From NCBI GenBank assembly GCA_002269645.1, contig NIVC01001405.1:124001-188000 (forward strand): a stretch of DNA of 64,000 bases, given 5' to 3'. Numbering within the stretch: the first letter of the stretch is position 1; the number at the start of each line of letters is the position of its first letter. This DNA comes from Macrostomum lignano (taxonomy: Eukaryota). The translations under genes and the position numbers were made by a program. The notes under the pieces were generated by a model. That model had not been told where the DNA came from. It ran no database searches and worked only from the letters and a program-made list of their open reading frames with translations. Below are positions 39,850 to 51,555 of this stretch, piece after piece.

Positions 39850-40330
39850 CGAGTTGGCTTTTGTCATCCGAGAGTCGCGCTATCGCTTTGTTCAGGAGAT
39901 TAATAATTTGGATGCGTCGTCCAGTACCGAAGTGCTGCCTGAGCTAACTAGAGAAGATCTTCAAATGCTGCAGGATCCACGGATTGAGAAAGAATCTGTG
40001 CCAAAATCGACCGAGACTCAGCAAAAACTTCACGTGGAAAGGTTCCGCCAGTTCCTCAATGAGAAGGGACTCTGCCAGGAGTTTGAGCATGTATCAGATC
40101 GAATTTTGAATGATATCTGAGGCAATTTTTATTCGTCTCTTCGAAAGCAGGATGGAACACATACTACTCGCCGAATTCTCTCATCTGTTTTCGTGCGGAC
40201 GCACTTGGAATCTCCGTCCGTCAATCACCATGCAGGTAAATTCATTATTGGAGAATCGTTCAGCTGCGTTGCAACGGAGTTGCATGTTGTCGCCGAACGA
40301 CGTTGGACCATGTTTTGATTCTTTTCTATA
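39850..40330 (+). pseudogene. Degenerate Crypton-like (DUF3504-type tyrosine recombinase element) N-terminal coding remnant
   Basis: SVPKSTETQQKLHVERFRQFLNEKGLCQEFEHVSDRILND, then across frameshifts YLRQF/YSSLRKQDG/YYSPNSLICFRA/RTHLESPSVN, resembling the Crypton/ZMYM-type pattern (K.T...W...F.EWL.E......L...L..FY...RK.DG..Y...SL...RA...RHL). Recognised from memory; the catalytic region is not seen. Confidence 0.55.
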
Positions 40331-40383
40331 GCCGAATGCATCCGTTAATTCCCGGCAACAATCTAAAACAGCCGGCAAACATA

Positions 40384-41743
40384 CTCCGGCTGTCCGGAAA
40401 GTTGTGAGAATGTATTTAAAAAACCAGTCAGAACTATCAGAAAACACGATAACTGTACTAGTTGGTAATGTAATCTTTCCTTGCGTTGATTACTGCAGCT
40501 TGGCAATGGTCAACGAGTCGCTGAACCTCTCTTTTCAAGCAATCTTCGTCAAGGCCTCTTGCCTATTGCAACGCAGCTTCTCGAAATTGATTGTGGTCGC
40601 TGAACACTCGCCTGGAGAAATCAGTCTTCATCCAACTGAACAAAAAACGGTCGCACAAATTGAAGTCTGGGCTGTAAGGACTCTGAAACACCAGCTGAAC
40701 TCCACGGGACTCCATGTACTGCTGCACAGAACGAACCACGTGAGGTCGCGCATTGTCCCACTGCCAAAGAACATCCGACAGATGAATTGCCTTGACCTGA
40801 GAGTATGCCATAGGTCTCCGGTGTGCCGAATGAACTCAACTATGCCATTTGCATCAACAGTTTGCTTTGGGGCTGTGGATTCAATGGAGAAGCGCTTGTT
40901 TGGAGTAAAAGCAACCAGAAGCATTGTCTTTGCATTGCCGACTGAGTGCCTGACAACCTGGGGCCGATGATCCCCTTGGCCAAGCCAGCACCTGTTGTTT
41001 TGCTTTGTGCCAGTGTTGTTCAGGTACACCCATGTCTCATCCTCCACCACGTACTTGTCGCAAAAGTTTTCCATGCCCTTTGTTGTAAAAAAGCCTGCGA
41101 ATTTGCTTGGCACAATTGATGCGAGCAGTCTTGTTCTCCTCGGATAGAGCATGCGGAACCCAGACAGCAGAAACGTTTCGAAGGTGCAAATCCTCAGTCA
41201 AAATTTCGTGCACTGTTGTTTTTCCAACTTCCAAAAAGTCAGCGAGGTCTCGGACACTAACTTTTGGATCCTCTTCAACAAGAGCTCGTCAGGTTTCGAT
41301 CAGTTCCGTTGTCCTTGTTGACCGTGGCCGGCCAGTCCGAGGAGCTGAGACCGGGGAAATGCTTCGTCACAGAACTTCGAATACCATCTGTAAACCGTTG
41401 ACTGACCTGGTGCAGCATCTCCATAAACTTTGAGCAGCTCGTCATGACAGCTGAGAGTGGAGATTCCAAGACGGTATCTAGCATAGGCATGTAACCCTGG
41501 AAGTCTTCCATTGTGAAGAACTCGCTGTCAAAATTTTCAAGCTTGCATGATCACCGCGTTGCATTTGCTATTGAGCACTTTATACTGAGCTCGCCACTGC
41601 CCCCAATTTTGCTACTAGAGTAACAAGAATTTTCACCATAGACCTATATGAGTCTATTATTGAAAATTTCTGTGTGCCACGTCAACAGCTTGCTGCTTTC
41701 TTGCTTAATTGACACATTCTCACGACTTTCCGGACAGCCGAAG
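40384..41743 (-). mobile_element. Full-length (1360 bp) but frameshifted mariner (DD34D) DNA transposon
   Basis: 30-bp TIRs CTCCGGCTGTCCGGAAAGTTGTGAGAATGT / CTTCGGCTGTCCGGAAAGTCGTGAGAATGT (28/30); TA at 40382-40383 and 41744-41745; transposase fragments with WVPHAL, DETWVY, WDNARPH and YSPDFNLCD; 34 residues between the second and third Asp. Confidence 0.93.
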
Positions 41744-42282
41744 TACCATAATTACATCTGACGCTAACGGTTTGCGGCTGATCCACAGCAGTAGCACGGT
41801 TTGTATGAATTAGGTATGCAAGAGAGCAAAGAGTAAGTATGCACGAGAGGATTCAGTTGAATATTACTGAGTGGAAGTGCAGGATGGTCAGGGGGCAGTG
41901 ATCGAGTCAGGGAGGGGATAGTGCTCCAGAGGGTGCCAGTAGTAAGTCAGGGAGAGGACAGTGAGTCAGGGAGAGTACTAGCTGTGGGGTAGTATTCCTA
42001 GCGTAACAGCTTAAGCGCTGTTAAACTCTTAAACTGTTTGTTTAAGACTTCGTGACCGCGGATTGCATTATCTGATCCTTTGCGATCTGAACTAAGAAGA
42101 GTTCTTAGGCTAATTCGACCTATAATTACGTCTCAGGACTTATCTACTACAAACAGCTTCTTTCACGGCAGCAATTGTTTTACTAAGCTTCAGCCGCTAC
42201 GCAGCACTTCATCTTACGCAACTGTTGCCGAAAAAAACTGTATATCGTTACATTGGTCAGGGTGAAAACAGTGGAGCAGTGA

Positions 42283-42480
42283 GGGGGCTGTAGCCTAAGT
42301 GGTCTGGCGCGGTACTCTGATGACTGTGATCGAGCGGCCTAGACTCGATTCCAATTGTGCAGTCATATTAAATTTGGGGTTAAATTAACATCGCGGCTTA
42401 GGTCTGTTGATGCAGTTAACGCTCTTGAGGGCCAACCCCCTAAGACACGGTGAGGTTGCTCACGTCTAAGGATAAAAAAG
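42283..42480 (+). mobile_element. Probable tRNA-derived SINE
   Basis: tRNA-like 5' end GGGGGCTGTAGCCTAAGTGGT (A-box), B-box-like GACTCGATTCC at 42342-42352, A-rich end. It does not fold into a full cloverleaf by eye. Confidence 0.5.
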
Positions 42481-43959
42481 TTACGGCCGCTGTGCTCTCC
42501 TGTGTGCGCCCATGCGAATGACTGCGTACGTATCCCGCTCGCTTGTGTACCTGCTCAGTGGAGCTGGCGGAATGGACAGTTTACACCAGTTTGGCAGCAT
42601 TCTTGTCAATTTACCAAACTGGTTGTACATAGGGCCTACCGGAGCTGAACTGGAGACTATACTCGGCATCATGTACGAGTATCTACAGTAATAATGCTTT
42701 TGTAAGCTGCAGGCCAATCCCATGTTTCCTGAACAGATAACGATTTGCTGAGCGCTTTGCATTGACTACATGTACGTGTACATCTATGGCTTGCATGTAA
42801 GTCATGACTTATCTTAACACTAAGTAGCTATTACTAATGCTACTTGGGTGGCTTATCTATGTAGTTTGTTTTACACGAAGGACCTACATGTGCATGTCAT
42901 TAAGCGTGCTTAAATGATCTCGTGCGAGGGTATTGACTAGAGTCACTTAAAACCACTTTGCGCCCAAGCTTGGTTCTGTCAGATCGCTTAAAAGCCCGAA
43001 GGCCTGCAGAGCAGGCCATAGACAAATGTCTTTTTTGCTGAATCAGGTGCACCACTTGAAAGTGATTAAAGAGAACTACGAGTACGTTTAATACGGACAT
43101 ACATTTGCGCATCACCACGTATGTTCACTGTGTATGCTTATTTCACCTTGAGCATTAGATGAAAACATAACTATAATAGCATTATAAAGCTATTATCTTA
43201 AATACTTAATGCACAAGAAATCTGGCAACAAATACTGTGCATGATTACAATGCTGCTTAATGCGAATGCTGCTCGCACTCATGACCCAGATATTTAGGCA
43301 AGAAAAACCGACTATTGGGTTGAAAAGGCAATAGATCGTATACGAGTCTATGCTAATTATAGTAGAAATTTTAGAACGATACTATATATACGAGCTACTA
43401 AAACTTTGTCTATATCTGAAACTATAACGACTAAATTAGCTCTGGCTCCATCCTCTCTCTAGCTCTCTCTTAACTCTGGTTTGCTCGTTGACTAAGAAAT
43501 ATACTCTATCAGCTACATTACAGACTTTTTAAAGCCAAGCCAACACACTAAAAACTCCTCATTTAGGGTACAAGTGAGCGCAACAAATAACTCCGACCGG
43601 TCGACATTTACATGTATTACCAGTACTGGCATGCACAGCAGCATTGTTTCTGATATTATAAAAAAGAGTTGGAACCGTTTCTACTGGTCTGTGTCAGTTG
43701 GGTAAGTTTCAACTTTCATTTTTGGTTGTTACATGTACATGTAATTCATCTGTATGTACTTAAGTAAGTGTACACCTTACTCGTAAGTACATAACAACAA
43801 CAATAGAAACAACAAAATGCATTTCAGCCAGTCAAGCGTTTGATAATGAGGCACTAAATCACGACTGGGAGTGTAGCAACGCTCATAACACGAGTGCGCG
43901 TAGTCACAGGTCACAGGGTCACAGGGTCACAGGTCACAGGGTCGCGGGTCACAGGGCGC

Positions 43960-46870
43960 ATTTCAGGGCCTGGGCGCAAATGTAGGCCGCACCGCCGGCA
44001 GTGTCCGGGGCGCAAGCATCAGCGAGCAGGCAGTCAACGAAACGCCGAGTGCGTGCCTGCCCCCGCCGGTAGGGTGCCTGCATGCAGCGTCAGCAGCAGC
44101 ACCTGCACCGGCTGTGACTTAACTCGGATTATATGACCTACAAGCTGCAGTCGTCCACGGCGCAACAGTTCACTGGGACGGGACAGAATGGTGCGGCGAT
44201 AGAGTGCCGCATTGGTGACTCGCTCGTAGCCGAAAGCGGCGCGCAGCAGGCCAGCGTGCGCCACATCGACCTGCTGTTCGAGCGAATCCGTCAGCGTACA
44301 GGTCTCGGCGACAGCAGGGCGGTCTCTATCACCGCCTGGAACAACACCGCCCTCTGACGGTCAAGCAGGACCTCCGAAGGCAGCCCAGGCAAGTCCACGG
44401 CGACGTCGCAGATCCTCGCGAAATTCAGGCACCAGACTGCCGAGGTAGATAAACTGCTGACAGCGCGGAAGCCTCGTCACATGTCCGTCAGCGCCTCGAC
44501 AGGAAATAGCAGCCTCGATGTCGTCCTGCACGCAGAGCACGACCGTCTTCTGCGTGTTTACTACTAGGACGACGCTCGCCACAACGTTTACCAGCCGGTC
44601 CAGCTGGCGTTGAGTGCCCTCGACAGTCGAGGACAGCAATGCGAGATCGTTGGCGTAGCCAAGTACGCTGACCCGTCTCTCCGGTTGGCGTCGCTGCAGC
44701 AGGAGGCCGTCGTTGTTAGAAAGGAAAGCGGTCCGCAGCACCCATTCAAGCACCAGGACGAACAGGAACGACGCAAACGCACCTCCCTGAAGCACCCCAG
44801 AGGATGTCTCAAAGAAATCCGACAGACCGTCCGGTGTCAGTAAAGCAGCGCTCGTGACATGGTACAGCACCATGACGGCGGAAATCAGCTGCTCTGGCAC
44901 ATTTTACGCACGAAGAACTATTGGGAGCATGGCCCTCACGACCGAGTCGAAAGACCTCCTGAAGTCAATAAAGAGAGCAATCAGACTCGACTGGCGGGTC
45001 CGCGCTCCCTCGTCTACTCAGCAAAGAGCCAGGATCTGCGCCACTGTGCCGCGATGGGGCCGGAAACCGTTCTGCTCAGGCTGCAAACACAGAGTTAGCA
45101 GCATCCGGTTGAACAGCTTCGCAGCGCAGGACTGCAGGCTGTTACCTCGGGTGGTCCTCAATCCGTGTGGTACCCTGCTTCTTCAGAATAGCGACGATAT
45201 GCGCCGTGGTCCATTCATTGGGTGCCACCTCACCGAGAAGCACGTGGCTCATAACACTGGCGACCTCGCTGGCCACACCCTGGAGTCGCACCTTCGAGTC
45301 GTGGATAGGCACCTTGTCTGGACACAGCACTTTGCCGCCCGGAGTCTTCATGGCGAGTATAACAAGGTCGGCTGTGCTGACTGTGGCTACATTGAAACTC
45401 TCGGCGTCAAGACTCAATGGCGTCCCCGTGGCAGCCTCAGATCATTTGGCAGCGGGGGCGGTGGCGCATTGACGATGCGGTGAAGAACTCGCGCAGCTCA
45501 TTTCTGCGCTCATCCGGAGTATCGCCAGCCAGGTTGTGTGGGATGCACCGCTTTCACTCGGTCAGAGCGCTAATGGCGGACTAGGCCACGCGCCCTTTGG
45601 CAGGTCCAGCGGTGGTGACCTGCTGGATGGCGTCGTCAACAGCGGCCTGTTGTAGCTGCAGGTAGACAGCCGCCAGAGCCTCCTTCGCCTCGCGAGTTGG
45701 CCAGACGGAGCCTCTCCAGCTCTGTCCTCGCTTGCCGAATTGCAGGGTCATCCTGCCAGACCCGCTGCCTACGTTGGGCCGGTTGCTTCAGCAGGAATGC
45801 TTGCTCCGATGCAGTTCTAACCGCGGCTTTTACCTCCGTATACTCGGCGCGCCCGCACCTGTCGCCAAGCGCGCTAACGAAGGCGCTAGCGAAGGCGCCG
45901 CTTCGGCGGACGGTAAAGCGGATCGCGTACACACAGGTCGCAGACGAGGAGCCGATGGTCGGACCGCAGAGCCAGCGGCGTGATTGTGCGGCAGTTGGCG
46001 TCACGGCAGCGCTCACGAAAGCGCACAAGCACGTGATCGAGCTGTGCCTGGCTCTGCGTCGCATTCCGGCCGCGTGCATTCCTCCGCCTCCGCTTGCAGC
46101 CCACGAAGGTTGCGAGCCTGCCGGGTAGCTTGCGGAAGCGGGTGTTGGCCGAAACCATTTCCTGTCTCTCCAAGAAGTCCTCAGGAGCTCCGGTGTTTGC
46201 CGTTCTCGCGCGGTGTAACAAGCACCGATCACTCGGACCTACGAAAAACCGCGTTCAGTCTCAGTCAGGACGACCACTGTGTCACGCTGTGCCGTCTCCT
46301 CCACCCGCGCCGAGAGCTGCTCGAAGAAGACTTGAGCCTCGTCAGGTCGGATGGCAGGAGGCGCGTACGTCCAGAACAGACGAGCGTTCCGGCTGCGAAG
46401 CCGGGTGTCGACCCGAAGCAGCCGGCCAGACAACGAGATGCAGCGACAGCTCTGCTGCAGCCTCGGTCCGATCAGCACTCCAACTCCTCCACGGCCACCA
46501 GAGGGTCCAACCGGCGCCCAGGTCCTCACAATGAATTCCCGGGTCGGGCCCTCGACACCTCTTGCAGCAAGATGACATCGCATCCAAGGTCGAGCGCTAG
46601 CGCGAAGCGTGCCCTGTTGCCCTGTGGTACAGCTGGGGCTCGATGACAGTGTGCTTCACGGTTCTCCGGCGCCACCCTGAAGATCCAATTTACTAAAAAT
46701 TAGAGCAGCAGCTCGACGGGCGGAACCTCGTTGCCGACCTCGTGGGTTTCGCTCACGCCGACGTTTAACTCGCCGGCGGTCGCTACGCCGCCCTTGCTTG
46801 GTCTTGCCGCTGTTGGCCGCCGCAGCAGTTAAGCGCATTTCGGTGACTTCGCGGAAATGCAAGGTGAAAT
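43960..46870 (-). mobile_element. Degenerate RTE-type non-LTR retrotransposon (APE endonuclease + reverse transcriptase)
   Basis: Fragments in several frames: endonuclease (GGVGVLI, TYAP, HVLVR...SDHRLL), RT (WTTAHIVAILKKQG, SGVLQG, GYANDLALL, VNTQKT, FIYLGS) and RTE-like C-terminus (VTNAALY...LLRRGRLQLVGHIIR). YADD is mutated to YAND; multiple frameshifts. Ends are approximate. Confidence 0.88.
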
Positions 46871-47373
46871 GCTGTGACGGTCAGATAGAAGTTGGCGCCG
46901 CCACAGGCCTCCTGTTATAGATTCAGCAGGGATCCTTTGTGTCTGTGACTGACGAAAATAACAGCGTACTAGTCTACTAAGAGTAATATGACGGAAACGT
47001 AAGCTCAATGGTTTCCAAAATTCTCAGTGCGAGAAGGGTTCTACATTCAGGAGTGGGGATGCTTCCCGGCCTTCAAACCCTAATAGATACCTCGTAGATC
47101 TCTCTGCTCAAGCTCTTACACTCGCGGCACCGCCAGGAGCCTGTTCACAGCCGTCCACCACTTCCCCATGCTTCACCGCCCGAGGAAGTACTTAGCAAGC
47201 CGTTAGGATTGAAATGAGGAAAGTGAAAAATGAGGGGTTTGATTATTTAGGCGAATACATTTAAGAAGCTTAATAAGGATTGTAAACCCTGTGATTACTT
47301 AGTTCGCTATTGAGTAAATAAATGACCAAATACGGTCGGCGCAGACTCAAGTATCTAATAATATGCTAGCAAA

Positions 47374-49555
47374 ATGAAAATTTGCGAGGGCGCAGGCCTG
47401 GAGGCGGCTGATGACAAACTGATCCGCAGATTATGCTGGCTGCTAATGCTGATGAGGCAGTCTTACGCTGTCTTACGCTGTAGCTTGGTAAAGCCGTATT
47501 GTCTCCAGTTAGGATCGAAGACGCGTTGATGGCGAAACTGGTATTGTTCCCATGCCAGTTGGTTGGATCGGTGGCTTTAGAAGACGCTGCTGGTAGAAGA
47601 CGCTACTGGTAGAAGACGCTGTCGGTAACTTTTGTGCCTACGAGTACCTACCTCATTGAGGGTCAAGTGAAGAGAAGAGACTGTGCTAATGTTTTACTCA
47701 AACTACACTGTAATTTCAGGCACTTCTATGCTACAAATACATCAACTCGGCGGCTCATGCAACAGCTGAAGACAGTCAACACATAGCTATCCAATCTCTT
47801 CTCGTGGTGTTCAACAGGGCGCCGCCAATCACAGACAAGAAAATCCCCCAGCTGCCTTCGACATCCCTAAAATTCTGCACCAAACCTTTGCCTCCGAGAT
47901 GGTCTACGAGAATTACCGGCTAATGATCAGCAGCTGCCTGAAGCTCAACCCCAACTGGACTTACTACCTGTGGCGGGACTCCGATGCCAGGGCTCTCATC
48001 TCCAAGGAATATCCTCAATACTTGAAGACTTACCTGAGCTTCAAATACAACCTGCAGCACTCCGATGCCATTCGATACGTCATCCTGCACCGGTTTGGAG
48101 GTGCTGCACTTGCACTTTTTATGGAGTCACAAAGTATGTTGCATCCAAGATCTCCATCAAAATGCTCAAATCTTGGTCCGAATTCTCCCAGATCTCCATC
48201 AGAATCCTCCTAAATCTCCATTAGAATCCTCACAGATCTCCATCATAATCCTCCTAAATCTCCATTAGAATCCTTACAGATATCCATCAGAATCCTTCCA
48301 GATTTCCATCAGAATCCTCCCAGATCTCCATCAGAATCCTCCCAGATCTTCATCAGAATTCCCATTAGAATAATCCATCAGAATCTCAATCAGATCTCCA
48401 TCAGAATCCTCCCAGATCTTCATCAGAATTCCCATTAGAATAATCCATCAGAATCTCAATCAGATCTCCATCAGAATCCTCTCAGATTTTCCTATCAACT
48501 GTGGCTTTCTTTCAGGCATCTACCTGGACATGGACGTCGAATGCGTGAAGCCGTTCGGACCAAGCCTCACCCGGCAGGCGGCCTTCATCGACCAGGAGCG
48601 GCTGGAGCTGACCAGAATCATTCATGACGCCAATTTTAGCGCCATGAACTCCCTGATGGGCTCGGTGCCGGGGCATCCCTTCTTCAGATCCATGATGCAC
48701 AAAGTGCTCGCCAAGAGGCTGCCCGGTACAGCTATCGTCTCCACTGGCCCGATGGTTCTCACACAGGTGTACAAGAACTACAGAGACAGCCGGTCTGCCC
48801 GCAGCTGGCCGGTGACGCTGCTGCCACCCAGCGTGGCCTCCCCGCTGATGGACTGGCAGACCAATTGGACGAGTGTCTGCCGCGGAGCCAGTGAGTCTCC
48901 AGCTTGGTATTCAGCATGCAGAGAGCAGATAGCTGGAATTGCCGGGGCATTGCGACTTTCAGTTTATTACACGTAATCTCACCGCTTGCTCTCTCTCTCT
49001 GTCTCTTCCTCCTATTCCTAGTCATATATCTCCTATTATTATTTCCTGCTTGTCTCCGCTTTCTTTCCGCTTATATACATTTCTGCTCCGATCTCCGCCC
49101 ATACCCGCTAATCTCCGCTGATCTCTACCCGCTGATCTCCACTCTCTAACCGCTAATATTCGCTCTCTTCCTAATCTCTCCCCTCTCACTCTTGTCCACA
49201 CTTGTATCCCACCTTCTCCGCGATCTCCCCAGTGTAGATCTCTCTTCTAGACTCGCATATCCTTTCCCAATCCATAATTAGTTCGCTCTCTACCCCCTTT
49301 CTCCGCTGATCAAAAAACGAAACGAAGCCTGCGCTCCTCTTTGCAGAACCGCCCGAGAGAAAGAATCTTCTTCGCTGGCTGGATCGCGGCTGTCGCATGC
49401 TGAAGTTGAAGAACTGGAGCATGGATGACTCTGACAACAGCACTGTGGCTGTGCACCGCTTCCTGCACCTGGGCTATGATTACATGAGGAAGAGCTGGAA
49501 GCCGCTGTTTAATGTCACTGAGACTTTCAAGCCTAGAGTGAGATACTACAGCTAG
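47374..49555 (+). CDS. Glycosyltransferase family 32 (DXD, Gly_transf_sug / SUR1-OCH1-like) protein, about 326 aa
   Basis: Exons 47818-48100, 48516-48890, 49347-49555 are well supported ([28 protein letters not shown]|[28 protein letters not shown]; GT-AG, phases match). The first exon 47374-47487 (hydrophobic LCWLLMLM, phase-0 donor) is tentative. Confidence 0.85.
48150..48490. repeat. Degenerate 22-bp tandem repeat (CAGATCTCCATCAGAATCCTCC)n in GT32 intron 48101-48515
   Basis: Direct reading. Confidence 0.85.
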
Positions 49556-51555
49556 CAGGTGCAGTACGTATTTGGCGTGTTGAACTGGCTGCATTTTTGC
49601 TTTGATGGCAAATTAATGCTCCACCAACCATACCATTCATTGATCGCCAAGCCCCAAACCCTCAATATCGATCGAGAAGCCCATTACCCTCAATATCGAT
49701 CGCGAAGCCCCAGCCTCTCAGTATCGAGGTTAAAGAAACGTTTTCTAAAAAACTGTTTTACGAGTAATAACTGTTTTACGAAGACTTTGAAAACTATTTT
49801 CGCAAAACCGTTATCGTCTATATCTAAGATTTTCACAGTTTGTTAAAAAAAGTTGAGTTGTAGTTCCATGGCTAAATATACCCGCAAAAATGGATGCCTT
49901 TTCTCGCACTATTTTATTTATTTCAACGTAGGGCGGATAAACAGGGAATCTGGTTTAGTGAGGTGAATATTAAAATCTAATCAGTGTACATGTACATGCA
50001 TCAAATAGTTCTGGCATTAGCAAAGTAAAAGTAAGAAAATGTATGTGCAATAATGTTAAGACGCTGTAGGTACATGATAGGTGACCGCCGCATAGTGGGA
50101 GTAACATCTCACTGCGTAAGGGTGCACAAGTCTGCGCTGCTGGTATTGTACATGAGCATTATTATTATTAAACAGGCAGCCACAGGGGTCAGCCAAGCAC
50201 ACGCTGGTGGAAAGCAGCTGAGTCCCGCCTTAGTTGCAGACCGAGGAGTTCGAGAGACCCAGAGCCTGACTCAGCCTGTAAATCAGAGAGAAAAGTATCC
50301 GCCAGAGTGGTGCAGCGAGTATGGCTCCGACAGAGTCTTCAACAGGGTGGCCTGAGTAGCAGGTCGGCGAGCGAGGCCCCTTAACATCTGACGTCGCCTT
50401 TGCAAGGTGCGGCCCTGGGCGGCACGCGGGTAGCAGTCAGCAAGTCATGGGAACATGCAGCCTCCAGCCCGTAAGGTCAGCACCTCAACTGCCGAGCGGA
50501 ATATAGGGCGGGACTAAAAGTCCCTGAATAGGGCGACCTTCAGGCTGCCGGTGGCGAGCCGGCAGTTGCAGATAAAGCAGCAAATTAATTTGTCAATATC
50601 GAGTTGCATGTAATTTTAATGAAATGAGGTGAGGATAGGACTGCCAGTCCCTTTTGCAGTTTTCAGTATGTTTGATTCTTCCAAAATGCATTCCCTGCAT
50701 CTCGGCCGTCTGCAGATGGTTAAGAAACATACACTACACGAATGCGCCTGTGTATCTGTGTATTGAAGCTTGCAGCTGTGGTCAGCAACAGTGCTTTCTG
50801 CATCGGTCGATGACAACAAATAGCAATAGGCCTACCCAAATTTTTAACACGAGTTAAAAAGCTAATTAAGTCGTTTCTCGTATACTTCGCTAGCAGGAAC
50901 TCGGTCCGATCCACGCTCGATCTTCTAGGCGTACACAACTTCTGTAGTTCCTTGTCATTGGTTGTGTATGGTGTACGCAAGTTTCACTTCCTTTGTGCAA
51001 AAGAAGGTGCTTAATACTGCATTCCTGTTTGCTATCCAGCCGCTACCTCTTTTTTCACGATCCAATTGGAAATGAAACGTCTGGTTGCAGACTTGTGTGT
51101 GGAGGTTCTGGCTGAGGGTTGGAGTTGCAGGTAAACGAAGTTTGGAGAGGCTTACTGCTGTATGTCGGCAACAGTTGTCAGGTCATTGGCTGGCCTCCGG
51201 ACGAACTGGAGACGGGAGGGGAATCGGGATCACGTACCCGCGCCTGTTGCGTAGGAGGATCGCGAGGCAGCCGACAGGGGGTTGTTCGACTCGGTTTCGG
51301 GCCTTCGTCATGGATTGCGCTCCTATAAAAGTGCCTGAACTGCTTCAGGCCGCGGCAGTAGGCATTTCCGCGTCTAAATATTTCTGCTACTGCTTTCCCT
51401 CTGTTTCTATTCCACTAGGATAGTACCAGCTGCCTGCACCTTCTGGATCCGTTCAATCCTCGCTGCAATTGTTTATTTGCAATATATACAAGTCAAATTA
51501 GGACCAAATTGAAATCCCTATCATTAAGTCTTTAGTCTCGCGGCAGTAAAGATTC

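Noticed and set aside
42283-42360. Functional tRNA gene
   Set aside because: A- and B-box-like motifs are present but acceptor and T stems do not pair; treated as a SINE head.
47374-49555. Horizontal transfer of the GT32 gene from microbes or fungi
   Set aside because: It has normal spliceosomal introns and host-like codon usage, and the family occurs in animals; only a phylogeny could support transfer.
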